A DNA stretch of 64,000 bases, from positions 128,095-192,094 of the forward strand of contig DF237062.1 of NCBI GenBank assembly GCA_000708835.1, given 5' to 3'. This DNA is from Klebsormidium nitens. Taxonomy: Eukaryota > Plantae > Klebsormidiophyceae. Below the pieces are notes generated by a model, which saw nothing but the letters and a program-made list of their open reading frames with translations, searched no databases and had not been told where the DNA came from. Numbering within the stretch: the first letter of the stretch is position 1; each line of letters starts with the position of its first letter. The translations under genes were made by a program, and so were the position numbers. Shown here piece after piece: positions 25,301-36,400 of the stretch.

Positions 25301-26102
25301 TTCTCAGCCCCAGCTTCTGCACCTGCCTCGCAGACTCAATCAGCCCCGTATCCATCTCCTGCATTGATGACTTCAGCACAGACACCCTCTCATTCGCTGC
25401 GATGATCTTGCCGTACAGCTCCTCGAGTGCCCCTAGCGCCTCGTAAAAGGAATCTGACCGGGCCGAGATCTCTTTCACAAGGTGGACCTCTACGAGGTCT
25501 AGATAATGTGAGAGTTTCTCCTGGAGCATCATGTTTGCAGGGACGGAGGAGTAGGGGCAGGCGGCTTGAAACGTGGCGGCCCTTTCCAATGCAAAGTCCT
25601 CGTCAAAGTACAGCGACGGAATCTCTCGCATACACGCCAGGAGGCCCTCCCCTTGAACTTGCCCCGCCTTCTTTGTATCCTGCTCATTTCCCGCCACTCC
25701 AGAGCCCAAGGCACTCGCCTTGTTACTCTGCTCCCGGCTGTCATGCTCTTGAATGTCCACAAAGCGGCTGTACTTGTCACCAATGCCCCTCAAATAGGCG
25801 TCAAAATCAGCTCTAGAAACTTCAGGAAGTGTGCCTGGAGCCAGCGGCGGGACGACCTCTTGCCCCGGGTCCGCACTTGATGTGAATAACCACCCCCCCC
25901 ATGACTGATCGGTCCCTTGACTTGCACCACTTCTGTTGTTTGGATTGTTGAGAACAGATGCGAGACTTTGCCCTGCTGCACGGGCGTCAAATTCTGCATT
26001 TCCAAATCCACTGCCGCTCTCACGCCTCGTCCCCGAGCTGAAACTTTCATTTCTCGCGAGGCTCGGGGCCCTTCTGAAAGACGTCCCCATGTGCAGTGGC
26101 AT
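16391..26102 (-). CDS. VPS54: GARP complex subunit VPS54 (17 exons; apparent 1-bp frameshift in exon 11)
   Basis: Exons: 26102-25224, 25047-24985, 24561-24482, 24173-24059, 23726-23646, 23291-23147, 22645-22557, 22144-21990, 21720-21513, 21186-21103, 20710-19896, 19509-19428, 18944-18799, 17931-17836, 17136-17069, 16764-16684, 16520-16391. Plant VPS54-like motifs: LQEKLSHYLDLVEVHLVKEISARSDSFYEA, CDAAHGRWAKLLGVR, LKLFNSRSCQLVLGAGAMQVSGLKSITAKHLA, DYRVHRDEIHSKLVAIMRERL. Confidence 0.95.
18630..19185 (-). repeat. Duplicated acceptor and donor junctions flanking VPS54 exon 13
   Basis: The upstream copy encodes IRRLLSTHIPDARKALLLS with CAG changed to CAA (19098). The downstream copy reads CGGCTACAG|at (18645) versus the real CGGCTACAG|gt (18798). 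Confidence 0.85.
19570..19910 (-). repeat. Triplicated VPS54 exon 11 donor junction (~149-bp unit)
   Basis: CATGCAG|gtgggc at 19895 (real) and 19598, and CATGCAG|gggggc at 19746. The intron sequence that follows is also repeated. Confidence 0.85.
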
Positions 26103-26518
26103 TGAGCGACCAGCACGACCGCCCTTCGGTCTGTCGATTCAGGATTCAAAGAGATCTCCAGACACCTCTTGCATCACTGTCAGCATGCCAAATGTTGCTT
26201 GTGCAGGAGGCCTGCGAAGCCTGAAGAGAAGCAGCACGATGCGAAGTCACACCAGAGCGCCAATTAATCGGGTCCATCTAAACATTTTCATGTCTCTAAC
26301 TGGCAGCAACTCAGACGCTGCCACGTAGACAAGTCTATGAAATCATTCGTCTGCGGCTCCGCTAGAAGTTGAACTTGAACTTGGTTGAAGGTGGTGCCAC
26401 TGCACTGGCAGCACCATGCAATGCCATGGCACATGTGGAACTTTATGCACACAACGAAGTCATGCGGATTCCTTCATGAGGAGTGCTTTGAATTCATTTC
26501 TGAAGACGACTTCCAGCG

Positions 26519-29349
26519 ATGGCGTTGAATGCAAGGCATCATGCTGGGCTCCGGGTGCTCGGAGGAATGCAATGGTGGCAGCCACTGGCAGAACTTTTGA
26601 ACGACACTCTTGGCATCGCTCCAGAAGTGCTGAGAAAAGCGCCACCGCTAGTCGCGGTGCCCTCCCTGCCTTATAATCATCAGGAAGTGAATGGTGTAGC
26701 GTGTAGAAAGGTGGTTGACTGTCTGCTCTCGGGAAAGAGTGACTTCAACATTTTCAGACCAGGTGGTTTGGCGTCAGGCGCACTTCGCAGGGAACTCAAC
26801 GTTGCAGCTGCCAGTTTGGCTATCAGACAATTGAGCACATCAGCTGGTGGTGCGCAACCAGCAGAACCTAGCACAGAGGCTAACAGAACGGTCTTTCATC
26901 AAAACGATGTCACCACGTCAGATGTCGAGACTTTGCTGGCAGAGACAAGTGCCAGCGGAGTCCAGCAACCAGAACATACGGGCGGCAGCCAAAGCTTGCA
27001 TAACACCACTTCATCGTTCGCAGAAGTAGCATCAAGTAGTCATACTGATGATGGAGAGACTCCAAGGGACAACGAAGATGAAGTTGGGAGCGTCTCCGCA
27101 GATGAACGGGCAACTAGTGCTTTGGATGAGGGAAAGGAAGAGGAGGAGAAGTCGGAACGCAAGTTAGCGGAGGTGGTAAGCCCAATTCTCAAGGTTAGTT
27201 GTGTAAAACAAACATCTGTAGGGACTATATGTGATTCTGATCGTCCTTCTTTGGCAACCTGCGATTGCTTTTCAATGTATCACAAAAGCATCAAGGACGC
27301 TGGCCGTACGGATAGCGCTACTGGCTCATATCGAAGAATGACAAGGGCTTATGCTCCACTTTTCATGCTCAGTATATCATGATGAGCACAAAGAAAAGTG
27401 TTGGAAATCTTTGATCGTTTAAACATTTCGGGTTATACATGTTATCTGAGGTGGCTTCTCTACTTCAAGCTGGGGGAGGACAAGAAGGATGGCCTAACTT
27501 CCAAGAGCTCAGTTCTCTGCTCTTTCTTTGCGTCCCAGGTTCCAATCATCTCATCGAGGCTCGTTGTTTGGTTTGAGTACTTTTCTTTTTCTTGTAGGCT
27601 AATGAACAGGGAGGCCTTCTACCTGCTGGAAAACGACAGGAGAAAGATCCGGATCCAGAGCGAGAATATTATCATGTGTTGGAGCTTGAAGAGACCATGA
27701 AGATACTTGAATCGGTAAGGACCATATCCTCAGAGTAGAATCACTCATGCTTTGCTGAAAAGGAAGCCAGTCAATTGAGGAAGCCTCCATCAGTCAATGT
27801 TTTCCAGCTCCACAAAGAAAAGCTCTAGGATAAACCTTTCCATCTCTTCCATTCTTCTAACTCCAAGCTAGTCAACAGGTGTCAACTAAGGGTGCATTTC
27901 TCAATCTAAGTCTTCAGAAGAATGCTTTGCGCGCCTTCATGACTTTTTGCAGGCCGAATTAGTTATCAATCTTGGAACGTCTTCTTGACCGTCAGATTCT
28001 TGCCGCCAAAATTGCAAGGAGGGCCACGACCTGTCCTCTCATAACCATTCTGAAGTATCCTGCTTTTCTTGACACCTCAGTTAAGAGGTCAGGATATCGA
28101 GGTTATGCACGTGAGGGAGAAGTGCAACTTCACGGACTACATGGTGGTTGTCACCGGACGGTCCGAACGGCACATACGGGGCATGGCGGAAGCAGTCGTC
28201 CGAGAGGTGAGCGCTAGTGCAACGTACTAGAAAGGTCAGTGAGAAGCCTCAAAAGCTCAATAGATTGGGGCGCAAGAGGATTCTTTGATGCTTGTCAGGG
28301 GGCTGGCGAACCTGTTGCGAAAGCGCCAAGCCGTTTGATTTGAGCGTCTGAGTTACGAGTCGTTTTCATTTGTTTGTTGAGAGCGTGGTTCGACAAGTTC
28401 ATTTTTTATGCAGAGACTTCTATCTGTTGTCTTGCAAGTCTCGTGGGCTTGACCTGTAGGTCTGCAACGCACCGATCCAGAACAAAGACCAGCGAGCAGG
28501 AGAACCACGAAATGGTCCAACTGCAGATTCTCATGAGCAGCTTTTGCCCTCTCTCTGCCTCTTTCGGTTCGATCCTGATTCGGCTACTTGGAGAAGGTTC
28601 TGAACACCTTCAGAACCGCGAAGTTTTGTCTTATGACACAGTGGAGTGGAGACACATCGGTTTTAATCAGTTGCCGACAAGTGACCGTGCTTTTTGTCGC
28701 CAGCTTCCTGAAAGGTCATTCCAGTAGGCGAGCCCTGCAGATTTATTGCCAGCACAGTTGCACCTCATGGTTTGAAGTTTCTTGTGGGAGTTTTCGTTTT
28801 GTTTCCAAATTAGCGAGAACAAATGCAAAGAGTGCAAGACTCGCTTTCGAGAAACCTTCCTTGCCTCTGCGCCAGAACAGCCGTCGCTCAATGGACCCTG
28901 TCTGACCACAAGTATCGTATGATGTGCAGTTAAGTCGAAAATGCCAAGAGGTCATGGACGGCTTGACTCCGGCTGTGGAGGGAGAGCCCGGACAAAATTG
29001 GCTACTGGTTGATGCAGGTAAGCGTTGGTTTTGTTGAAGGGTTTATTCAGACGTAGCACACAAGGTCGTCTGAGTGCTTCCTGTGTGATACTCGCCGGTT
29101 CTAACGATTCGTGCCTCCTCTTGCAGTCTAGCGTCATCTAGATCTGGTGTAACCTGGGTGCCTGTGTTAACGTGAAGTACTGCACGAGCGACTCGCTGCT
29201 AATGCCATCATCTCTGTATTTGCGCAGGGAATATCATTGTACATTTTTTCACCGAGGATGAGCGGCAATACTACAGATTGGAGGAGCTTTGGGGTGGGAA
29301 AACACCGAAGAAGAAACAATACGGTCCGTATGGCGAAGTGCTTGAATAA
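26519..29349 (+). CDS. rsfS: Ribosomal silencing factor RsfS / iojap-like protein, organellar (probably mitochondrial)
   Basis: Exons 26519-27175, 27598-27714, 28081-28206, 28930-29017 and 29228-29349 (369 aa). RsfS motifs: RGQDIEVMHVREKCNFTDYMVVVTGRSERHIRGMAEAV...EGEPGQNWLLVDAGNIIVHFFTEDERQYYRLEELW. Confidence 0.92.
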
Positions 29350-30968
29350 AGAGCAGACACACAGGTTGGCATTTGTGCATGCTCGAGCCAATTCGTATGA
29401 CTGTGACGTTCTTAAAAGACAAGAATCACAAGGTCTATCATTCATTGGTCAGTATGCAGTAGCTGAGGACATTCTTCCATTCAGTCCGCGGCGTGAACGA
29501 TGACGTGTGCCCTTTCCTTGGCCGATCACTTTGCAAATTTCAAGACGCGAAGTATCGCAAGTTGGGAGCGCTTCATGTGCTTTCCACTCCGATTGAAACC
29601 TATATCAAATTCATGCAAAAAGTTAGATGAATTATTGCGCAGATGAAGCATTGCGCATGCAAGGAATTGCCTCCCTTATTGACGATACATGTTCCTAAAA
29701 GAACAAAAGGATCGACAATTCATATTCGATTTCCTATTTGCTGAATCCCTAGCTCACCGGGCGACCGTTGACCATCGTCGTGGATTGAAATCGAAACTCG
29801 AGCGCATTCCTCGCATTAAGAGCGAGAATGCTACGTACTGCCCTCCAACAAACCTGGTTACGCAAACCTTATACAAGGGGAGAGCAAATTCGTACCTATG
29901 TTACCATATACCATGTGCACTATTCCGGCCGTCAAAAAACCCTTGCGCCGTACACTTCATAGCTCTTTGGAGATCTCTTCACTGAAGTGGAGATTGGTAC
30001 TAACTGACACAATACACATGTACATACACACGTCATGTGACAAATGGCAGACACTCGGGTGCAGATTGTGATGCATAAACAATTCAATCGGAGTGCAAGG
30101 GGTTTCACGCTCCGAGCAAAGTCAAATGCGAGAGTCTCGATAGTTGTAAGTGATCTACCAGCGCTTCCTGAAGGGGAAGAACCCGGAGTAGGCTCGATAG
30201 AGGCTACTAGATTAGTTCAGACCATATCCTCTAGAGTGATGCACCGTAGAAACCACCCCGCCGTAGTCATTTGCATAGCTTGTAGATCATACACATACAT
30301 TAAATCCCGTATGCATGAGATCGTATAGGTGGATCGTAGATTTGAGAGTGATTTGCATGCCATCTAGCTAGTAAGACATTGGACATGACTTGCAGCCGTA
30401 GCAAGCTGCAGAGTTAACTCATTGTACCGTCCCGGTCTCACCGGCAGACTTTGCCCGATGGCTCTATGTGGCTCAGGGCGTTAATAAACCGTAATTTACC
30501 ATCTAACTAGATTAGAGTGAAAGTGCCGCGCTCTCTTGCACGCTCCAAGCAAAGGCATATGCTAGGGCTGTCACACGGGACGAGATTGCCAGAATTCGCT
30601 GAACGACTATGCGGGTGCATGAACCATTCTAAGTCACGGATCGTCAATGATAATATATGAAAGTGTGCATTGTAGCCGGCGGGGACTGTAGCAATGTAGA
30701 CCATGGAGGTTGGAGTATACATGACTGAACGCGAATGAGAAACTCATTACACCACTTCCTGGATACACACCTTCCTTGCACAAAGGCGTCAACGATTTTG
30801 TTCTTCCTGCATGGCCAAATCTGGAAGTACAACCTTGATATCTGCGTACTTGCGACAATCTCAACCGTGACCTTGGTTGCATCCCACAGCCTTCCCAAAG
30901 GTTTGTTAGTTTCTCATTGTCAGAACTCCTTGTCTGACTTGGTCATGGTCAGCTTACTTGATTTGGGG

Positions 30969-32310
30969 CTACCACTTTGCAACAAATCTCTGTCCTGTCG
31001 TGTAAGGATGTGTTAGCATCGGGCAATGGTGTCTGAACTCCTCGACAAGGGGATTAGCAAGGACTTGTAAAGTGCTGAAATTGTAAGAATGGTCACGTGG
31101 ATACTTGATCTCCACGTTCTCCAGTTTTGGACACATAGATGGAAGCGTCCGAAGGGTGTCAGCATGCGGGAGGGCCCCGTCAATGGAGAACTGAGTCAAA
31201 GAAGAGAACTTTGCACCATTAGTGGCAGCCCAATATGTGTGATCAATTTGCTGCCCATGTGCGACAATGGTGACCTTGGTTGAAGGGACGTCACTATCAC
31301 GGATGGCCAAACTTCTCAACTTGGGGCAGCCCTTGGCAAGCGGTGCTAAGTCGTTCAATCGGAAAGCTAAAGGCACCAGCTCATTTCCACCCAACAACAG
31401 GAACTCTAGTTCTGGCATGTGCAGACCCATGAGAGCCAAAATTTGAGGTACAATTGGAGATAGATCAGAGCTCTCAAGAAAGGGCTCCCCCCGGCTGTCT
31501 CGTTGCATGCCCTCCATGATAAACTTGTTGCTGTCATCGACTCCGTTCCAAACCCCCAGACTGAAAGAGATGATGCTTTTCCCTGCCCTTTCAATAAAAC
31601 TTTGCAGCACTTGCTCCGGGATGAAGACATTGGTGAAATTCACCGTTCTCAGTTGCAAAACCGAGTTTCTTTGGAGGTCCAGGCATCGTAGTTTGCAGAT
31701 CCCCGTGATGCTCAGACTTTCCAGCTTTGGACACGCTAGATAGATGGAATCTAACTTCTGTGCCCCCTCAATCCGAAACTTGATGAGCTTTGGCAGATGG
31801 AGACTTAGTTTGACGAGTCCTTTTCCTTCTTCAGAATAGAGGGATGGTTCGATGAACGTTATTGTCAGGTCCTCCAAGTTAGGGCAGTTGTGATGCACCA
31901 GGTCCACCACCCGCTCATCAAACCACTCCGCAGACTCAATCTCGTTCATGATACCAACAACTTCCCAATCCTCCTCAATGTGGAGTTTGAGCTTCCGAAT
32001 CCACTCAGTTCGTTTGATATGCATCCCACCGCGGAAGAAAGATAGATTGGTCTCCTGGCGGACAAGAAGCCGAACTCCCTCCCAAAGGATCTCATCATCG
32101 GCCAAAGTGCGAAAGCTTTTGCACACCTGCGCTAGCATGGCCAGGGGTCTTTTGTCCGTATCCAGCTCAGGGAAGCTGTAGGGGAACATGTCGGGATGAC
32201 GCCCATGTTGCTTCTCATAGGCTTCATAGGATTTCTGATCCAGAACCTTTTGGAAGCGAAAGGATCAGGTTGTCGGGCAACGTCTCAAAAGGGGAAATGC
32301 CTAGTGCCAT
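30969..32310 (-). CDS. Intronless F-box/LRR protein, frameshifted inside the F-box (pseudogene or sequence error)
   Basis: ATG 32310 gives MALGISPFETLPDNLILS (F-box start). The frame then shifts at ~32256 into FQKVLDQK...LAMLAQVCKSFRTLADDEILWE (F-box end), followed by LRR-like repeats (CPNLEDLTI, CPKLESLSI, CPKLRSLAI, CPKLENVEI). The 406-aa ORF 32189-30969 is intact. Confidence 0.8.
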
Positions 32311-32939
32311 GATGCGGGCATGATGCTATCAGGAGTATCAGGTATTCTCTGCTTAGCAGAACTGCCAGAAGCGCAGGGGAGGCTCTCCAAATTTTGGAAT
32401 GCAAGAACTTCAGGCATGCTTGCTTTATCCTTTTTAGCTCGGTTTACTGACAAAGTCAGTACTGAGTACCGAGCTGTCGCAATTGACCCTGGGGCTTCGG
32501 AAAAGGGGGAAGTGGCGATGCAGACTGGATCACTCTATTAAGCCCGGTTCGGCCCATCGAACGCTGAATTCAGTGGTTCAAGGTCTGAAATCGCAGACTT
32601 CCTTTTTCGACGGGTTTTGAGGTTCGATGCCCCGAATATTTTTTTGGGGGCTAAACCCTGAACCCCTGCACGTGCCCATTCGATTGAAATTCGGTTGCGG
32701 CGGCGCGGACGTACCCGTACCTTGCGGCCGGCAGGGCGGCCACCAACTAGATTGGGTTTGAAAAAGACCCAGCTCCGAAAGGAACCTGGGCCTTCCAACT
32801 TATTTCAAGTAATAAACACAAATTAGGTAGGTGAATACTTATAGGCTAAGCCTACATGATACATAGGCCACTGGTATACGCCTTATACATAGGCCTAATA
32901 AATACATAGCGTATATACGGTCTTAATAATAAGGCTCTC

Positions 32940-32992
32940 AAACCTGCGCACTGAAATCATGCAGAAAACCTGCGCACTGAAATTCATGCGAA
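32940..32992 (+). repeat. Short tandem duplication (~27-bp unit) in the divergent F-box/prfC intergenic region
   Basis: AAACCTGCGCACTGAAAT(T)CATGC occurs twice in tandem. Confidence 0.8.
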
Positions 32993-33408
32993 AAAACCCA
33001 ATATATTACCGCCTTTCATGTAAACCGAGCGATTGCAGCGATTCGCTGCCTACATTTTTAAAAGTTTCTAGTGGAGCCGCCATCATGCGCAGCAGCCGGC
33101 CGCGGACCGGGCCGGGCGTACGCTCGTCCCAGGGTTGCGCGGCTTTGGCTCCGGCGGAATCCAATCTTCTTCGCTCGACCGGAATCTGGCCAACAAAGAA
33201 AGATGAAAATAAATACGGTATAAGCCGTTTAAATAATAGGTAACCCGCACTGGGACGGGTAAGTTAGTGTGGAGGTCAGGGTGGATATGGGTGCGGAGCA
33301 GGTGTGCTTAATATTGGGTTTGTCTTTCAGTGTGAAACGGAGCTCAATATATGTTTTTGTCAGAACTCGCAGTCTGCAGCCTGCAGAGTCGGCATTGCAG
33401 CAGCCCCC

Positions 33409-36400
33409 ATGGCGTCCACAGCGAGCGTCAAGCTCTCTGCGAGGCCTCTTCCTCAAAGGTTGGGGAAGCTTGAAGATAGGCTTGTGGCTAGGTGTCCCTG
33501 TCAATGTCCTCTACCAGTTCAAAAGCACCAAGGCGTCGGTCTGAGGTCGACGCGGACAGGCGCTACAGCTCCAAATGTTGCTCAAAAGTCCAAAGCACCG
33601 ACAGAGAGGCATAGAAGGGCTCTCCACTGTAGATCCGTGCTGGAAGCTCCGACAGCCGACACAACATCAGAAAAGAGGGAAGGAGCAGAAAATGGTGAGG
33701 CCAGTGGGAATGGGGCGCTGCATGGGCAGCAGGACGCCGCGAACGGCGTCAGCAATGGTCATGCTGACGTCATAGAGAACGGGGCAGGGGATAGCGCTGA
33801 CGTCATAGAGAATGGGGCAAGGGATAGCGTGCACAATGAGGAGGGAAGTGAGGGCGAGGGAGATGAAAGCGCAGAGGAGCGGAAAGCGAGGGAGGAGGAA
33901 GCGGCTTCGAGGAAGCTGGCGGCAGACCTTGCGGCGGAGGTGGCCAAGCGGCGGAACTTTGCAATCATATCGCACCCCGACGCTGGGAAAACGACGCTGG
34001 TGAGTTGCACCCCGCTCGTGATTTTCACATATCCCACCACCCCTCTCAACGGTGTGGTTTTAGCTGGCTTTGGTGGTAGTTGTGTGAAGTTATTCAAGAG
34101 TTCTTTTTAAGTCCTGCTGTGGAGAGGTTGGGCTTTTGCGCTCTCCTTCTGACATTCTAAAAGCTTTCCGCACCGGGGGAGTTCAGAGGTTTCTCCTATC
34201 CTAGAAGACAGATCTATTTCTTTAGCCCTGCCGTGTCTAGAGAAATGCAAGCCCCCAGTCTCAGGTACAATGTCTGTGGAAATATTTGAAGGCTTGAGAC
34301 AAGGCTGTGCGGGTCAGCTCAGTTCTGTGCATCGGGTGTTTGAGGCTGTACTTTCTCAATTTTCCTTTGGTCCCAAGTTTCACTGAGCTGAGTGTGGTAG
34401 GGCGGTGGGGCCTTCCTGGCAGCACTGGGCCGCTAGCTGTAGCGTCACAGGACTCCTACTAGCAGAATCTGGAGGGCAGAGGTAAGAAACAAAGTGTATT
34501 TCCAACGGTTACATTAAGCAGCTGGCGGTCATGAGACCGCAGATGATTATCATCCGAAATTCAGACGCCTGAGCCGCTCGCAAGGAATAGGTGTGAGTGA
34601 ATTGTCTAACACCCTCCTGACCGTGTGCTTGCAAATGCAGACGGAGAAACTTTTGCTGTACGGAGGAGCCATCCATGAGGCGGGGGCGGTGAAAGCGCGC
34701 AGGGCGAGCAGGCACGCCACATCGGATTGGATGGCCATGGAACAACAGAGGGGTAGGCTTTCCTTCGGTCATTCTGTGCCTTGTTCTACTTGTCCCGGAT
34801 TCTGCATCTCGTTCTCTGCGAATCTGCCGCTTTTCTTAGACTGGCGGAGATTGTAAAGTAAGAGGATGTCCGACGTAGGCCCTGACACTGGCCTTGGCAA
34901 CCAGTCACACCGACGCTCTGGTTCACTGTAGTCCAAGTTGAAAGGTCGGTGCCAGAAGTGATTTAGAAGCAGGTGTGCTAGGAAACCAGTGCGCAAAGCA
35001 GAAACTCAAAGATGGGGCAGATTGTCTGCATCCTGTTGTAGGATGTGGAAACTTTTGCTTCTATGTGACCGCCCATCCCTTGTCAATCGAGGCTCACTGA
35101 CGATTGTTTGGCTGCAGGTATCTCAATTACCTCAACGGCTATGGTGTTTGAAACCAAGGGCCACTCCATCACCCTCCTCGACACTCCAGGTGAGTGGCCG
35201 CACTTTCAATACTGCAATCGTTGACTGCAGGGTCACTGAAGAGCCCCTCGAGAGCCACGCTGACAGAACGGATGGAAGGAGAACATGGACTCTCGGTGGA
35301 CTCCCTGGGTTACTCCCCCAACTAAAATCCCTGCGATCGACGGTCAAGTTTGGTGGTTTTACTTTACCCAGACCGTCGATTGTAGAGGGTTATAGTTAGG
35401 AGGGGTCTCTAATGTCGACTCGGAAGTCCATGTTTTCCCTCCATCCGTTCCGACAGTCTCTATTTCGTTTTGTAGCAAATGTCAGACCGTCTATTGCCGG
35501 CTTTCTGGTTCCACCTTGCTTTCTACCCCCCGTTTCCTTTTTCAGGGCCCTGGTAGTCCGATTTGTCAAGGAGAACCTTTGATTGGTCTTTGGCGATCAT
35601 TTGAGTTTCGCTGTCAATCTTACACGGCTTCTGATGCCAGTTCTATGTCGTTTTTCTTCAGGTCACGCGGACTTTGGAGAGGACACATACAGGTAAGTCG
35701 ATCCCTGCTCTGCAGCCTGCTCGCGAAGTAGTCAGCTATCCAGTTGGTAGCTCGCAGATCTCCTTGTATACGGGGGGTTCCCGAGTCGAGATGGTGCCGT
35801 CGCTTTTTCTCAGCAGTGTCTTCGAAAAGTGTCCTGCTTTCTGTGCCGCTCCTTCTCGGGCTCCTTACTCAACTGACAAGTCTTTTCGCCTTTCGTGGAG
35901 TCCGGGCGATTTTAAGGTGGTGATTGTCCACTCCCCAGGCAGTTTTTGGGCCCCAGTATATGGTCTTCCTCATCAAACTTTCCCGACAAAAGCAGCGTCA
36001 ACGGAGTGCCCCACTTTCGCACCAGTGTAATCTTGTTTCCTCAGGATCAGGTCTAATGATAGAAAAGAGATAGGATCTGCTGGGATGAAAACCTTAAAGA
36101 TTTCTCTCGCCAGGTTGCTTGCAGCTGCGGACAACGGGCTGATGCTAATAGATGCGGGCAAGGGGCTGGAGCCGTACAAAACAAACGAGGCTGAGTATTT
36201 CTGGACAAACTTTTGAACCTCTAAACGACAATCAAATTAATCCGAACGCAATCTTCGCGGCGTTCCTTCGCGGAACACTTGCGGCTGCAGACAACTCGGT
36301 GATGCTGGTCGATGCGGGCAAGGGGCTGGAGCCGCACAAAGCAAACGAACAAAAAAACAATTAGACAAACATTCAAATATGTAATCATACAGTAAACAAA

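Noticed and set aside
32563-32640. tRNA-like A box (CAGTGGTTCAAGG) and B box (GGTTCGATGCCC)
   Set aside because: The T-stem, anticodon stem and acceptor stem do not pair, so no cloverleaf can be drawn. At most it is a degenerate SINE-like remnant.
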